Part shown: positions 46,301 through 58,719 of the stretch, piece after piece
How the letters are laid out: every line of letters starts with the position of its first letter
Numbering within the stretch: position 1 is the stretch's first letter
From: Raillietiella orientalis
Lineage: Eukaryota
DNA: 64,000 nucleotides
Assembly: GCA_036172245.1 (NCBI GenBank)
Contig: JAYWIR010000027.1
Coordinates: forward strand, 2,604,001 to 2,668,000
Reading direction: 5' to 3'
Translations under genes and position numbers: made by a program
Notes under the pieces: model-generated
Told to the model about the DNA's origin: nothing
The model's database searches: none
What the model saw: only the letters and a program-made list of their open reading frames with translations

Positions 46301-49300
46301 CACGCTCTCGGCGTGCCCCGAAGCCGGGCGAGGTGTCGCTCGCCCGCACAGTTGCCGCTTCCAGGACATCCGGGCGTGTCCCTCGCGTTCCCGTGGTTCG
46401 CGCCGTAGTTTCAGGACGACTTTTTGGTCAGACAACGTGGTGGCCCGGAAGGCCCGAGTTTGTTTGCCAGCCCGCGGAAGGATCGTCGCAGCTCTGCCCA
46501 GGTTTCTCTCGGGAGTGGGAGAAGGGGGGAGAGTCATGAAAAACGAGGAGACTCCATGCCTGGCATGTCCTCGGGTGCCCTCAGGGGATGTTCCGCCGTC
46601 TCTCTGCATCCCTGGCGTCACTTTCCACGGTACCGTTTCCGCGTAGCAAGAGGGAAAAGGCTCGGTGAGAGGGAAAGTTTCGCTCGTTCTGCGACATCTA
46701 TGAACGCGAAAACGAACGAACGGAGGAGAGAGCCTAACCGCTCGCCGCCTTCCTTGCCTGGGGGAGACTGGGGGTGATAGGGAGACTCGGGCAAAGTGCA
46801 TCCGGAGCTCGACCGTGGTCGATCTCCAAATGCTCCCGACGCCACGATCGCGTCTGGGTGCTTCCACAGGAGTGCCCTCCTGCGTTTGCTACTCGTCCGA
46901 GAGCACCTACAGAGAGGGCGCCTCTGCGGCTTTCCTTCGTTTGCGCGCACGCCAGATGCTGGCTGACTGCTAGACTGGCTTCCCTCTCCCCGACCCCATT
47001 CATTTGGCAGCCGCTTGCGGGAAATCCTTCCGGGATCTTGGAGCTCCCGATCGTGAGGATCTCCCGCGGAAGAACAGCCCCCCTGTCGGCTGACCACCCC
47101 ACGTGATACGGGACGACGACGAGCTTTTCCAGGAGCGACCCTCTCGGCGCGTACTCCAACCAGGACCTGCTCCTGACCATCCCTGAGAACAAGACCCTGA
47201 GCGGCCTCGGGTGGATCGCCCTGTGGACGCCTCTGCACCCGGTAGGGAACATCCATCCCTCGGGGTCGTCTATGGAGGAATGGCCCTTTCAGGGAAGCAG
47301 CGCTTACGTGGCGATCCCTAGGAACCTCAAGGTGCCCAGGTCGCAAGTCATCGGCAGGCTTCCCAACTTCGCCCACAACGTCGGCTCCGACCCCATCACT
47401 GTGGTCGACGCGCAGACGCTGCTCGTCCCCCAGTTCACCTACGACGGTCAGGCGCCCGGTGAGGACCACCCCCCTGTCCGCACTTCCCTGCCTCGCTCCG
47501 AAAACCCGGAACTCCCCTCTCCTCCTCTTTGCAGCCGCCTATTTCTGGGTTGGAACAGGCTCCTCCCCGCACCCCAAGGGCATACAGATCCCGGACGAAA
47601 ATGGCAGCCTGGGTCCCATCCGCACCCCCTACCAGGGAAAGACCATCGTCCTGTCCCTGCCTGAAGACATGACCGTCTACGATATCGACTGGTTCTCCGT
47701 CTGGTGCGAGGAGTTTGCGGTCAACTTTGGCCACGTGGTCATCCCGAAGGATCTCAACGTCCCTCCTTCCCTGAGGATGCTGGGGATCAAGCCGGAGGTA
47801 AGCCGGGAGCGCGCTGCCACTGCTTTCGTGCCTCTCTCCTTCCTTTCACCCTCTCTTCCCGGGGCACACCTTTCCGGGACTCCGCGCCTTTCCTCCCTCC
47901 TCTCCCCACGCCCTTACCCTCCTCCCCAGGACACACTCCACCGCGTGGTTTTCCGGCCGCCCTCGCGACGTCCTCCTCCTTCCCTCGTCTTCCCGCTCCT
48001 GGAAAAGACGTCCCTTGCTCCTCCGCGTGCTGCTGCACCCCTTCGATCCCCTTTGGGGCGCTCCTCGCGGCATGACCCGCCCCCGTTTGCCCCCAGGATC
48101 GGCTGCCGTGGTGGGTGTCGTGGAGACGAACCCCCCATCTTCCCCTCTAATGACGCGCGTGCCCTCGTGTGGCATCCTTTCCTCCCTCCACTCACCCGAC
48201 GCGCGGAGGGACAGCCCGAAGATGGACACTGGCAAGAGAGACGGCCAAGAGCAAGAAGGCCGAGAAGCGACGCTCGGCAGCAGGCCGCTTGACGCCTACA
48301 CCAATCACGTGTTAACTGTCCGAGGCAGTCAGATGCAGTGGTCGCTACGGAAGAGGAGGAGGAGGAAGGGGGGGAGAGAACCTACTTGTGCGCAGTGAGG
48401 GTTCCGCTCGAGGGAGAGGAAGGGTGGAATTCTCTGCCCATCCCTCGTCCCTTTCGAATCCTCCCTTCTGGTCCCTTGCTATCGGAAGCGGAAACTTTTT
48501 TTCCTTCCGGTTTCTGCTCTCTTTCTCTCTTCCCGCGGTCGCGTCCCACCTCCCGTGGCAGCTACGTGAGACCCTCGGGTTCTCACCCGAATTCTCACTC
48601 AGGCCTCGAATCCCCCGAGCTGTTAGGTTGATCTCCCGGGAAATGAAGGCACGTCTTTGCCCGGCACCATCATCTACTGCGAGATTTCCCCGTGAGGGTG
48701 GATTTCTCTTGGTAAGATGGGAAGAGGCACCCCTTGTAGTAGCGATCGCGGTGAAGCTCGACAGGAAACCCCGGTCCCAGTTGCGGAACTTCGGAGGTAT
48801 CGGAAACTGGCAGCCAGCTCCTCTGAAAGGCGTTTCCTAGGGGATGTAGCTTTCAGTTGAGATGGAAAATCGCTCCGCAGAGTTCTTCAGGCAGGCGAGG
48901 GTTTCAGAAATTTCAGCGGTGCGGGTCGGGTCCGCTCGGTTCAGGCAGTTCACACTTCGTGAGGCTGGGTGCGCTGCCGCATGCCGTTCCCTAGCTACGG
49001 CGCCGCCCGCGACCGTATCCATCCCTGTAGACGAGGGAAAGCGACCGTTGCTTGCTGTCGTCGCGGTGTCGTCCGCAACCGACAGCTCGAGAAGGATGCA
49101 TCGAGCTGAACTAACGAGCTATCAAAAATGGATCGAGGATCGAGAATAAATCCCGCTGCTCGACAATCAATAGGGTGGAAACAATGGCTCCCAATTATCG
49201 GGGTAATTGACAATGGATTCCGCCACTCAACAATGACTTCGAATTATCAGTGAGCTCGACGGGAGGATTCGTCCAACGCTGTCTTTGGTGGCTACGATAG

Positions 49301-52300
49301 GGAAGTCCTTTTTCCGCTGCCTTCCTCTTTTATCGTGCTGGGCGGACACCATCGAGCATTCCTCTTACACCCCCCCCCTCCTCCTCCCTCGAAAATCACA
49401 CACTCGCGCGCGCACTCACGATGCAATTCAGCCGACCTCCTCTCTCTCTCTCCTTCCAGCTTCCTGAGATTCGTCTTGTTATGAGTCGTCATCCCATTTT
49501 TCCGATTTTGTTTGTCTCTTTTTCAGAAAGCGCATCAGATCGATCATCACCTATCACGCCCTTCTTTCCCCTCAAGAGTAGAAAGACCATTCCGTAACCA
49601 CGCCGTAGTGGATGCCACCACTTTCCGCCCTTCCAAACCGGTGGCTGTCCGTTCCATCTCCCCTGGTTCTCTCAATGCCGTTCCCGAGCAGCAGAGGAGC
49701 CTGCACTTCCGGCCGCTCCATAGAACATTTCACAGCAAGCCTCCGGAGAACTCCTTCCGCGACCACCCCGCGGCGAACTTCGGCGATCGCCTCCCTCCGC
49801 CGTCCTTCACGAGGCAGGAAAGCAGCGTGCCTTCCTTCGGGTTCCCGGCGGAGAAGAGCTTTTTCGATGCTTCGTCCTCCTCCCTGCTCCCTCCCGACGC
49901 CACATTCCGGGCCGGGCGCGAATCCTCTTCCGAGGTTCCCTTCTCGCAGTTCGGGAGCCTCGCCGTCGGTCCCCAGACCCTGCCGCGCCTCGAGGGCGTC
50001 TTCCCGGAGCAGCTGGGCAGGGCTTTCTCCGGGATCGAGCTGTCCCTCACGCCCCCGCGGAAGCCCGAGAGGCCGCTCGCCTGGAGTCCCGCCGGCGGCG
50101 GCTGGGTTCTCTCCTCCACCGACCAGACCGGCCCGCTGACCAACTCCCTCGACCTCTCCCTGCCCAGCCAGCACCATCAACTGCGGACGCCCGCAGCCGG
50201 GTTCGACGAGTTCGTCCTCGGAACTCGCTCGCTCCCCCTGTTCCTGATCCCTCCCCCTCCCGAGTGATCGGAAGGGAGGACGGGGAGAGGGAGGGGGTTG
50301 TCCTCTCGCCCTCTCCCCGGAAGAGTAAAAGGATGCGCGCGGCGGCTGCTGCTGCAAGCGGCTGAGGAGGAGAGCAGACGTCTCCCTGACGGCTCTCCGA
50401 AAGGGAGTCGCTCGTTCATCGGTTCGCTCCTCTGCCTCTCCCCCCCTCCCCCCACCCTCAATTCCTGTCCGGACTGGCAAAAGGGGAACGAGAACTCTCA
50501 CAAGCACCCACTGCTGCTGCTGTTGTTGCTGCTGCTGCTGCTGTTGTTTCTGTAAACCTTCTGTAATAAAGAAGTGCGATCGTGTTTGCCTTCTTCGTCA
50601 TTCTGCCACCAGGGGTGCTGCTGGCGCTCGGGAAGGCGGGGCGCGTGTATCCCGTATCGTGGCGGGCCGCGTGGAACCGTGGGGGCAGGGGGCGCGCTCC
50701 GAGCGTCCGCCGCCGCCTCTTCTCTTCTCTCCCGCCTGCTCCCTGTCCGTCTCTCCCCTCCCCACCCCCTTTCTCTTCGTCCTCGAGGAGGGACGGGCCC
50801 CTCGGGGCTCCTCAGAAAGGTCTCGAGGGGGGGGGGGGGTACGGAGGATCTCCTTCCCTTCCCGAGGTCCGTCCCCAGCAGCCCTTCCAGTCTCTTCTCG
50901 CCTCTTCTAGACGAAGCTGAACTGCGAGCTGCTGGACGAGGCCTCGGCGTTCGAGGCGAGGTGGGCGGTTTCTGGGAACAGCATCGTCGTGCAGCTGGTC
51001 GCCAGGATCGGTGAGGGCGCGCCCGCCTACCTCTTTCCTCCCCCGCCCCTAACGCGCCTCTCCCCCTTCCACCCCAAGAGGAGGACCAGTACATGGCCTT
51101 CGGCGTGAGCGGCGACGACGAGCGGCCCCGGATGGAAGGCGCCGATGTTGTGGTCGCGTGGATCGACAAGCGGACGGGCAGGGGTCACGCGGAGGACTAC
51201 TTCATCGACTCGAAGGCGTACTGCTCCCGGGGGACGGGTGTGTGTCCCGACCACCACTTCCAGGTGAGGGCGGACACAGCCGCCCCCGGAGAGAGGGGAC
51301 CCAAACCTTCGACCTCCCAGAGGAGGCAGAGCGACGTCCGGCTGCTCAACGCGGCAGTCGTGGACGGCTTCACCATGGTTACCTACCAGCGCTTTCTGGA
51401 TACCAAGGACCCCCTGGACCGCGCCATTCCGAAGAATCGACCCGTCCAGACGGTCTGGGCCATTGGTCCCGTGGACGACAAGATGCTGGCCAAGTTTCAC
51501 ACCGTGGCGTACACCAGACGTAAGCAAGGGGCTCCTCCCTATTTACTCCACGGTCCCTCCGCCCACGCCAGGTCCCCGGCCCATCGACTTTAGTCGCCAC
51601 CCTCAGTGGAACTGCCCGGACCCGGACTCTGCCGCTGCCGACACGCCCGATGAGGAAGGAGTGGCCCTCAGAGTGACGTCGGCGGCCACACCTCCTCCTC
51701 CTCCCACCCGTAGGACCACCGCCGCCGTTGCACCTTCCACGAGGAGGAATCTCGTCCACCGCCGCCCGTCTGTAGCACCTCAGCCCGTCCAGAGTGCCAG
51801 GGCGCCGTCCCCGACCCAGGACGTGAGAGACCAACAGCCGCAGAGTCGTAGGCAGGACCTCGCCCACCCCAAGCCCACCCTTTTCCGGCGCCCATCCCTC
51901 CGGCTCCGATTGTCACCCACCGTCGCCATGACCTCAACGACGACGACCACTACGACGACGACCACCACCACCACGACAACCACCCGCAGACCTCCCCGCG
52001 TGGAGGGTTGGGAAATCCCGCCCATCAGCTGCGAGGAGCCCGAGGATGGGGTCTTCTTCGCCCACATGGGTCCCGCTGGAGGCAAGCGCGGCTACCAGGC
52101 GATCACCGGTGAGTGTAAGGTCGGCGGCAGCCCCACCCACGTCGGGATGCAGGGAGACCGGCCCCACCCTACACCCGTTCCTATTTCAAGGGCGGCATGG
52201 ATGGGGCATCGCCTGGTACATTAACGGGCTGCTTATACCGGAGATCACTGTGGTGCGCGGGAAGACATATACCTTCGTAGTAGAGGCCGGGGATTCCAAG

Positions 52301-54237
52301 AACAACTCCGCTAGGAGGCATCCGCTGTACATCACTGACGACCCCGAGGGCGGGTACTACGCCAAGACGGACGCCGAAAAGCAGGTGGGTTCGTCATCCG
52401 GCGGCGGCACCTGCGCGCTCCACGGGGGAGGTGCGCGCTGGTGGCTCCCGGGGCAGCAGATACTCCTCCCATCGAAGGCGGGAGGGGAAGAGACTGCGGA
52501 TCTCTGCCCTTACATCCCTAAAGCCCACATCTCGGGAGCACAGTGGAGGCAAAGGGACCGGAAAGAGCACCCCCTCGTCCCGCAGCCGAGGAAGAGCCGG
52601 GAGGAAGGCGGAAGAGCAGGAGCGTCCCTGGACGCTTTCGCTTCCCTGAGTGGGGTGGTGGGAGCGAGAATCCAAGGTGCTTCCTCTTGCCCTTCCCTCG
52701 GCCCTTGATCTGTCAGGTCGTAAGCGCCTGCATGGCCGTGCAGAGGTGCTGCAACGGACGAGGTCGCTGGGACGGACTCGGTGGCTGAAGTTAGCGTACT
52801 CTGCCGCCACTGCACTACGACTTCCCCTCACTCCATTCCTACTGCTCCTGGGAGTCAGCGATCCCCAGTTATAGTCAAGAGCTGGGAGCTTGTCCGACAG
52901 TTAGATTGTTCTGATTATTCTGATTGTTAGTTCTCACCCTCTTATTGCTGTTCTATTCGTTCTTCACCTCCTTCTCTTGCTGTTCTTTAAGTCGTTTTCC
53001 GTATTTTTTTCTATTCCTCACCTCTGCGTGAAAGCGCTGAAGAAACTCCCAAAGGAGGTTTTCAGCGGCAGGTGCCGTTTGTGTCTTCAGAGGGTGAACA
53101 TCTACGCAGGTGTGACAATCACCAAACACGGGCAGCACATCCTTAAGGGCGAAGGCCGCCTCTGCGAATGGATCCAAAGCAACGACAACCCTCCGGAGAA
53201 CTTCGCCTCCTTCGGGGCATACCAGAGGGAGCTAGACTTCCAGTGTGAGGACGGCGAGGCCGGAGAGTTCACGTGGATCCCAGACGATAATACCCCTGAC
53301 TTGGTGTACTACCAGGTGATGCCGTGCGCGTGCGCGCGTTTGGACGCCCGGGTGATGTGCGACCTCCCCTCCAGTGCTACCTCCATCGGCACCTGGGCTG
53401 GAAGATTCATGTTGTAGACAGCTGCAACAAGCCGTCGCTGGAGTCCTCCGCCAGTATCCTCCGCCCAGTAAAGGGCCTGGACAGCGGCGACTCGGATCCG
53501 TTCTTCGAGGAGGAGGTGCGCAAGCTGTCCCGCAAGGAAGTGTCTTCTTCTGGCGTCGCGAACCACCATTACCCGCTTAGTGAGTCCTCATGTCATCTGC
53601 GACAACGACTGCACTGATCTTTCCCTGCCCCTCTCTTTCTCCTCTGGCAGACGACCGCAAAAAGGCTTTGCCCGTGAGCGCGGGTCCCCTTGGCGGAAAC
53701 AGCTCGAAGGAGGTCGAGGCGAACGCCCTCCGACAGTTTGACAAGGATTTCTGGAACCAATTCTTCGCGCAGCAGCTCCCTGAGCTACACCGGAACTTCC
53801 AGACGTCCCTGGGGCAGCAGTACGGCAGCGACGAAAATGGCCGACCGCAAGAATTGGGCGACGAGGAAATCGGCGGCGGCTCCTTCACCCGGGATGTCCA
53901 AGTGCCAGTACCGCAGCACTCCCTGTTCGACCCCAACAAGCTGGTCATCGAGGGCGGCTTCCGACCTATCCGCGCCGACGTGGACCTGCCCGTGGGGATC
54001 TCCTTCCCTGATGCTGGATTTCCGCAGTTCGACCACCACCTCCAGCCGCAGCAGCCGGTCTCCAGGCAACCCACGGATCCATTCCTTCCGCTCTTCAAGC
54101 CCTCCGTCCCTGACGACGCGCGCGTCTCCCTGGGCAACGCGTACGACGACGGGTTTCTGTATACGGACGCCCGGGTGATTGGCGGCAGGGAGCGCCCGCC
54201 TGCGGGCGTCCAAGAGCTGCGCGGCGTGGTCGGGTGA
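43381..54237 (+). CDS. Skeletor: Skeletor-like secreted protein (signal peptide, 2x DM13, DOMON, Thr-rich linker, conserved C-terminal domain), about 1017 aa; exons 43381-43411, 43723-43884, 45672-45762, 47133-47241, 47293-47458, 47535-47797, 50911-51010, 51079-51263, 51321-51519, 51572-52108, 52191-52384, 53091-53315, 53375-53579, 53651-54237
   Basis: All 13 introns are GT-AG with consistent phase (3054 nt). Motifs GDVYAVDARTIFIK, VVDAQTLLVPQFTYDGQAP.AYFWVG, WFSVWCEEFAVNFG, KLNCE, YMAFG…MEGADVVVAW, MGPAGGKRGY.AITG..GWGIAWYINGLLIPEI.VVRGKTYTF, W.PD..TPDLVYYQCY.HRHLGWKIHVVDSC. Confidence 0.9.
49527..50267 (+). CDS. Probable alternative terminal exon of the Skeletor-like gene (246 aa Pro/Ser/Phe-rich tail)
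   Basis: Strong pyrimidine-rich acceptor (TTTGTCTCTTTTTCAG) in phase 0, matching the exon 6 donor. 741-nt open frame. AATAAA at 50565-50570. Confidence 0.6.
   Translation, partial: KAHQIDHHLSRPSFPSRVERPFRNHAVVDATTFRPSKPVAVRSISPGSLNAVPEQQRSLHFRPLHRTFHSKPPENSFRDHPAANFGDRLPPPSFTRQESSVPSFGFPAEKSFFDASSSSLLPPDATFRAGRESSSEVPFSQFGSLAVGPQTLPRLEGVFPEQLGRAFSGIELSLTPPRKPERPLAWSPAGGGWVLSSTDQTGPLTNSLDLSLPSQHHQLRTPAAGFDEFVLGTRSLPLFLIPPPPE
50510..50548. repeat. (CTG/TTG)n microsatellite
   Basis: Direct reading of the sequence. Confidence 0.85.
50565..50570 (+). promoter_or_regulatory. Candidate intronic polyadenylation signal for a short Skeletor isoform
   Basis: AATAAA about 300 nt after the stop at 50267, followed by GT/T-rich sequence, in otherwise GC-rich DNA. 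Confidence 0.5.
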
Positions 54238-55152
54238 CCCCGCTGCAGCACACCGAAGTGAAATGCACGCTCAAGTGGCGAAGTCTTCCTGGTTGCCCGG
54301 GGATCCTGTGCGAGAACGGGAATGGATGTGCCTCCTGGCTACCCCGTCGTTCCCGGATCCACCGCTAGAAGAAAACCTGACCTTCCTCTGCCGGTCGCAC
54401 TACCCTCGCTTCTCCCGGTAGGCGGGAGGGGCGAAGCGCATCCTCTGCGGGAGCTTCCTGAGGGCTGACTCGATGGCGTGGACCTGCTGAGGCATCCTTG
54501 GGTCCTGACGATCTCCTGCCTGCAGGATGTTCAGTCGCACTTGCAATCGCAGCTGGCGACGTTGATGGCGGCTGAGTTTTCGGATCCAGAGATCCACGGG
54601 AAGGCTTGGGGTAGTCGGGAACCCAGTTCGCATTCAGCCGCAGCATCGGGCCGGAGATTCTCCCGGGTGCACATAGCATCCGGGATAGGAGGCGGCAGCG
54701 TCTTTCAGCCGTGCGATCCGACCAGGAGAAGCCGAGGAGTGATGCCGCATGGTCTTTCCTGTGGCCGCATAGGCGAGGCGAGTCTGGCTTCCCGCACTCG
54801 CCAAAGCTGTCAGCCCCTTCTCGCTCTTCCTGAAGCGCTCCTGGAGAACGTTCGTTCCCTCTTCGCCCAGGATCCAATAGATAGCGCGAGTGTTTTGCTC
54901 CCGTCGCAGCAGCATCCGTTCTTCCACCACCCGAGAACGTGGTTGCGGAAGACTATCGGGATGTGGTGACCAGACTCGCTCGAAATGTGATGGAAAATCA
55001 GAGCATTGCAGTGTTAGCGGATGGCCTTCGGTATCGCATTTTCGAGATAAAAGCCTTCGAGCCAAGGCATTCGACCGGAGTGTGAAAATTCTTGTGTAGG
55101 AACGCTCAATGGCTGACTGAGGTCTCAAGTGACTGATGACATTCGCATCCAA

Positions 55153-55158
55153 AATAAA
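55153..55158 (+). promoter_or_regulatory. Candidate polyadenylation signal for the full-length Skeletor-like mRNA
   Basis: First AATAAA I found downstream of the stop at 54237. Confidence 0.4.
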
Positions 55159-55469
55159 GGAGCGGTACGGTGCTAAAGAAACTGGTTCACTGTGTTATGG
55201 ATCTCTGGTCTGCCTTGCTTGCTGTCGTTTGAGGTTGAGTGCTACCTCAGTCTATAGCGAGAACATTGAGCGATGAAGACTACGGCGACCATGCTGTTGG
55301 CGGCGTCTGTGTTGTGCGGGCGTTCCTCTCTTGGGATCTCCTCCTTGTCTCTAGCGATACCTAACGGTGTTTTACCGTACTTCTCTCTTTTCCCTATAAG
55401 GTACGTTACTTTACGCAGATGTCCACTAAGGAGAGTCCAGTACAGCGACCTAATACAAACTCCCTTAAA

Positions 55470-57374
55470 TTTTCCCCTATTCCCACAATGGGTGGGGTGA
55501 ATTAATTTATCCCTTTTCCAATCACGCTACATCGGCTCATTCATTTACTACTCACACCACAAGTGTCACTGCTCAGTCCGTTTCTACATTTAAGGAACAT
55601 TGGTTGATGTCGTTGCCCGGGCGTCATCCTTAATCCTCCTCAGCATATAGCGGTACGTCCAGGCCGGTACTCGTCCACAGTTCCTGATGCCAATCTCCTT
55701 TTGGATTAGCCCTTTCAGGATTTCCATCGGAAGAGCGGCTATCCTGGCATTTTTCATCTTCCACCACCGCACGAGTATGGCGATGATAAAAAGAGCAATG
55801 GTCGTCCTTACCATGGGATTGTAGCAGGGAACATCCCGGCAAGTATTTCCATCACTGAACTGGTCGTAAGTCCTATGATCCTTTTCAAGATCAGCCAGTC
55901 GCGGAGTAATGTGGGACAGGTTAAGACATGTAGTCTCGTGTCGATGTCTCCACATGCCTTGCTGTCTTCGTCTTCGCGTCTTCCCGTGATGTACTTCATG
56001 CTGGATCCACTCAGGATTCCCCCGTAGTAGAACATTTTTTTCACCCGGATATGCCGGGGCATTTATTTGGAAATAAAAATACAATAATTTTCGCGTGGCG
56101 ATCCCATAGGCTCACCACACCAAGACAGTTTGCTTCTTGCCAGTACGGAACCGGCGAGGTCCTCCCGACGCGCTGGGGTGGGGATACAAAGAACAAAAGA
56201 AACAAAAAGTTCAAAAGTGTGGAGGGCAGAAATGTTTTGGGGATGGGAGTGCAAGGGAGGGATCACAGTGCGCGCGGATCGGTCCTCTAGATCCTTTTCA
56301 GGATCCGAACAAGCTGCGTCCTTGCAGCACCCAAATGGCGCCATCTGCAGATGTTTCGCACAAAAAGGCGAGTCCAGTGTAAGGCATTCCTGCGGGTCTG
56401 ACGTCTTCTTCTCGTCGCGTTCCAAGCCTCCACGATGCCTTGAATGCAACAGAGAACTGCTACACAGGCGGGCGGGGACAAGGCGTCGCGAGAGAAGAGG
56501 CGCCTGAAAATGTCCTTAGGGGTGCCTCCGCGAATGTCAAGAATCGCCGCAAGACGATCCCAGAGAGGGCGTAGCGTTATGCAGTCAACAAGAAGGTGGG
56601 GGAATGTCTCTTTTTCCCCGCACCGATCGCACTGGGGGTCCGCAGCCCCCCGCGTGCAGTGATACAGGCGTGCTTTGAAAGGTAAACCCCAATGTACCAC
56701 AAGCAACGCCACCTCCTGACAATTCAGGGGTAGGGATCCACTGTTCCAGGACGCTGGGGGCCACTTCATCTCCTCCGGAGAAAGTCCGAGTAGCTCGCCC
56801 CAGCGTAGAATGCCGTTGGGCGGGACACTCGGCGTCGCAGCATCCGCTAGCTGCCGAGATGTCCACGCCTTTATCACTTGTGGCCTGCCGTCAATGGTGC
56901 AGGACACATTCCATTTCCCCTGCTCGCTGCTGTACCTGGCGTTCTCAAGGAAGGCCAGCACTGGGGCAAGGAGGGTAATCAGGGCCCACAGAAGCTCATC
57001 GTGGGACTGCACGATCTCCTGCAGCGTCCAGCGGGAGTGCCTCTTTAGGCAAGTGTTTTTTGTGCCCGCCGGAACGTGGATCTTTTCCCACGTGGAGACT
57101 GACTCGTGCAGCCATGCACAGTAGTTCCCGGGGAGGCAGGAGATCCAGGCGTTCTTCCGAACCACAACGAACATTAGAACATTAGGAGGTTGTCCTGGGT
57201 GTCTGGAGGTAGGTCACTCCTCCAGAGTATCGTGCCGATCGCTAACAGGTTAATCCTATCGCTCCCGTAACGATGGGCGGCTTCTTGGAGGGCACTGGTG
57301 TCTTGGTCTTCTTCTTTAATTAGACTTCGGAGGTTCTTCTTGTTAATCCTGGACCAAGCAAAGTCATTGTGGTT
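55470..57374 (-). mobile_element. 5'-truncated non-LTR retrotransposon of a second family (B), split by a family A insertion
   Basis: 14-bp TSD CAAACTCCCTTAAA at 55456-55469 and 57375-57388. Removing the insert rejoins LWRSDLPPDTQDNLLMF-YYGGILSG…ACGDIDTRLHVLTCP, a zf-RVT-type region. Confidence 0.8.
56037..57174 (-). mobile_element. Relatively young 5'-truncated family A copy
   Basis: 295-aa open frame with WGLPFKARL…CDRCGEKETFPHLLVDC. AATAAA + hairpin at 56042-56059. TSD TAGAACATT at 56028-56036 and 57175-57183. Confidence 0.9.
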
Positions 57375-57419
57375 CAAACTCCCTTAAAACCTGTCACTCC
57401 AATGCTTAGGGGAGAACAG

Positions 57420-57630
57420 ACAGCACGCTTGTGTTCAGCAGCAAGAGACGTGTTGGTTTCCTGCCGAAAACCATCCTCAGCATCGATGAGCGCACCTTTT
57501 CCTACGAAAAGCGTTACAATGTCTGCGTGACCTGCACGCCTGTCTGCATGATGTAGCCCAACATAGTAACTTGCAGCCATCTTCATCAGCACTGTGAACA
57601 TTGGTTCCCTTGCTGAGAAGAAATTCTTGT
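57420..57630 (-). pseudogene. Ankyrin-repeat gene fragment with a frameshift
   Basis: EFLLSKGTNVHSADEDGCKLLCWA / AGHADIVTLFVGKGALIDAED…SLAAE fits the ankyrin consensus across two frames. Confidence 0.6.
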
Positions 57631-57893
57631 GAACTATTTAGCTCAACTTGCTCAACTTTCATCTCAACAGCCTATTTATAGCGGTAAGATGCGTAGGCCT
57701 TCTGCCAGGAATACCCTTAGCATTAACATTAACACTACTGAATCTTAGACCTTGTCTACTGGAACATGAATGCTGGCACTTGTCCACGGAAATATTAATA
57801 TTGGCAATTGTCCCGTGGAATATTGATATTGACACTTGTCTATTGAAAACCTTGCGATTACTTAAAAACTGTTGCCCAGTCGGAGTCGCGGCG

Positions 57894-58700
57894 CTGCCAC
57901 CCGGTCACGCCGGGGCGTTCATTTAAAACTCTTCTATACGTTAGTGGTTTTTCACCCAGATATGCCGGGGCATTTATCATTGAAATTTTATCAATAAAAT
58001 TTTATAATAAAGTCTTAAGTTTGTTTTTTGTTTTTCAGGCAGAACACATGGTTCTGCCTGTCATGGAACACTTGCTGTTACCGGCCCTCAGGCCGGTGAG
58101 GTCCTCACCGCTGGCGAAGGGGATGGGAAAACCACAAAAAAAGCAAAGAAAAAAAAACACGAGGGGAGGGCACTGTTTTTCGGGGAGGGGAGGACATGGA
58201 AGGGATCACAGTTCACTGCGAGCGGTCCTCTGCATCCTGGTTTGGATGCGAACAAGTGCCGGTCTTAAAGTTCGTAACCGGCGCCATCCGGAAGCCTTCT
58301 CCATGGAGATGGCTGCCCAGTGAATGACATTCCAGCTTCTGTGGCCTCTCCTAGACGCAATCCATTTGTCCAGGATTTCGCGTATGCAGCGGAGAACTGC
58401 TACACACGCGGCTGCTGGCAAAGCGTCCCGCATCAGAAGGCGACGGAATCATATGACCTTTGGATCGCTCAACGGAAAGTTCAGAGTCAACGATAGTCGA
58501 TTCCGCATGGAATGGAGGGCGACGCAGTCGATGATCAGGTGAGGGAAGGTTTCCCTTTCCCCGGACTTTGCAAAATTGGCATCTACACTCCTACAGGTCT
58601 AGTGGGAGAGGCGTGCTCTGCAAAGGAGCCCCTAATGCAGCACAAGCAGCGCCGTCTCTTGCCAATCCAAGGGAAGGGTGCCATTGTCCTATAGAGCTGA
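57894..58700 (-). mobile_element. Family A 3' part with two tandem terminal hairpins
   Basis: RETFPHLIIDCVAL…MRDALPAAACVAVLRCI…RMQRTARSEL*. Hairpins at 57898-57915 and 57953-57970. Confidence 0.85.
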
Positions 58701-58719
58701 GGTCCACTTCTCGAGTAGT

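Noticed and set aside
57174..57377. APE endonuclease N-terminus (LRSLIKEEDQDTSALQE)
   Set aside because: TSD analysis shows this frame continues into the family B zinc-finger region at 56036, so it is C-terminal ORF2 sequence.
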